DNA of 64,000 bases from a virus (Duplodnaviria > Caudoviricetes). The stretch is from positions 660-64,659 of IMG/VR virus record IMGVR_UViG_3300043391_000113. One strand, 5' to 3'. The translations under genes were made by a program, and so were the position numbers. This document shows positions 63,794-64,000 of the stretch, piece after piece. Within the stretch, counting starts at the first letter, position 1. Each line of letters opens with the position of its first letter. The notes under the pieces were generated by a model that saw only the letters and a program-made list of their open reading frames with translations, searched no databases and was not told the DNA's origin.

Positions 63794-64000
63794 ATGATTC
63801 AGAATTCCGCTACGTTGGTTGATCTCGGCATCAGCATCTGGACTGGGCGCAAGCTCGACAAGAAGGTGTCCGAGGAGATTGATCAATCCAAGAACACCCG
63901 CGCCCGTGCTGGTAACTACAACAAGATCCTGCTTGCTGGTACGAAGCGCTTAGAGGAGTTGCAGAAAACCGTGACGGTCATCCGTCAGTGGCACTACGAG
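63794..64000 (+). CDS. 5' end of conserved early protein (DUF3150-like), truncated by window end
   Basis: MIQNSATLVDLGISIWTGRKLDKKVSEEID...AGNYNKILLAG; GAGGTG RBS. Confidence 0.7.
   Translation, partial: MIQNSATLVDLGISIWTGRKLDKKVSEEIDQSKNTRARAGNYNKILLAGTKRLEELQKTVTVIRQWHYE

Noticed and set aside
1-64000. tRNA, rRNA or integrase genes
   Set aside because: No cloverleaf or T-loop signatures and no tyrosine or serine recombinase motifs recognised by eye; a tRNAscan run would be needed to exclude tRNAs

Overview
Almost the whole genome of a tailed dsDNA bacteriophage with podovirus-like organisation. One gene appears split across the two window ends, so the window is probably a circular permutation missing a few hundred bases. 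The + strand carries an early region (57.7-64 kb, continuing at 1-1.6 kb) and a replication module (VRR-NUC, Leu762-type PolA, Cas4-like exonuclease, HNH, SNF2 helicase, primase/DUF927 helicase) with a NodZ/FUT8-like glycosyltransferase embedded. The - strand (14.9-57.5 kb) carries the virion module: terminase, portal, GroES-like protein, scaffold, Mu gpT-like major capsid, a cluster of small basic proteins, adaptors, Gly-rich fibre paralogues, lysis genes, a tail nozzle and internal virion proteins. I saw no integrase, tRNA, CRISPR array or reverse transcriptase. Main points of interest: (1) 12 copies of a 19-bp palindrome confined to the early region; (2) a hydrophobic-x-x-G-G motif in 9 late proteins plus a shared C-terminal tag; (3) a Hint domain in a repeat-rich late protein; (4) an overprinted gene inside the 2061-aa virion protein gene; (5) an origin-like region with twin hairpins and 12 iteron-like repeats; (6) two pseudoknot-like leaders able to pair with Shine-Dalgarno sites. 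All annotations are by eye; no searches were run.
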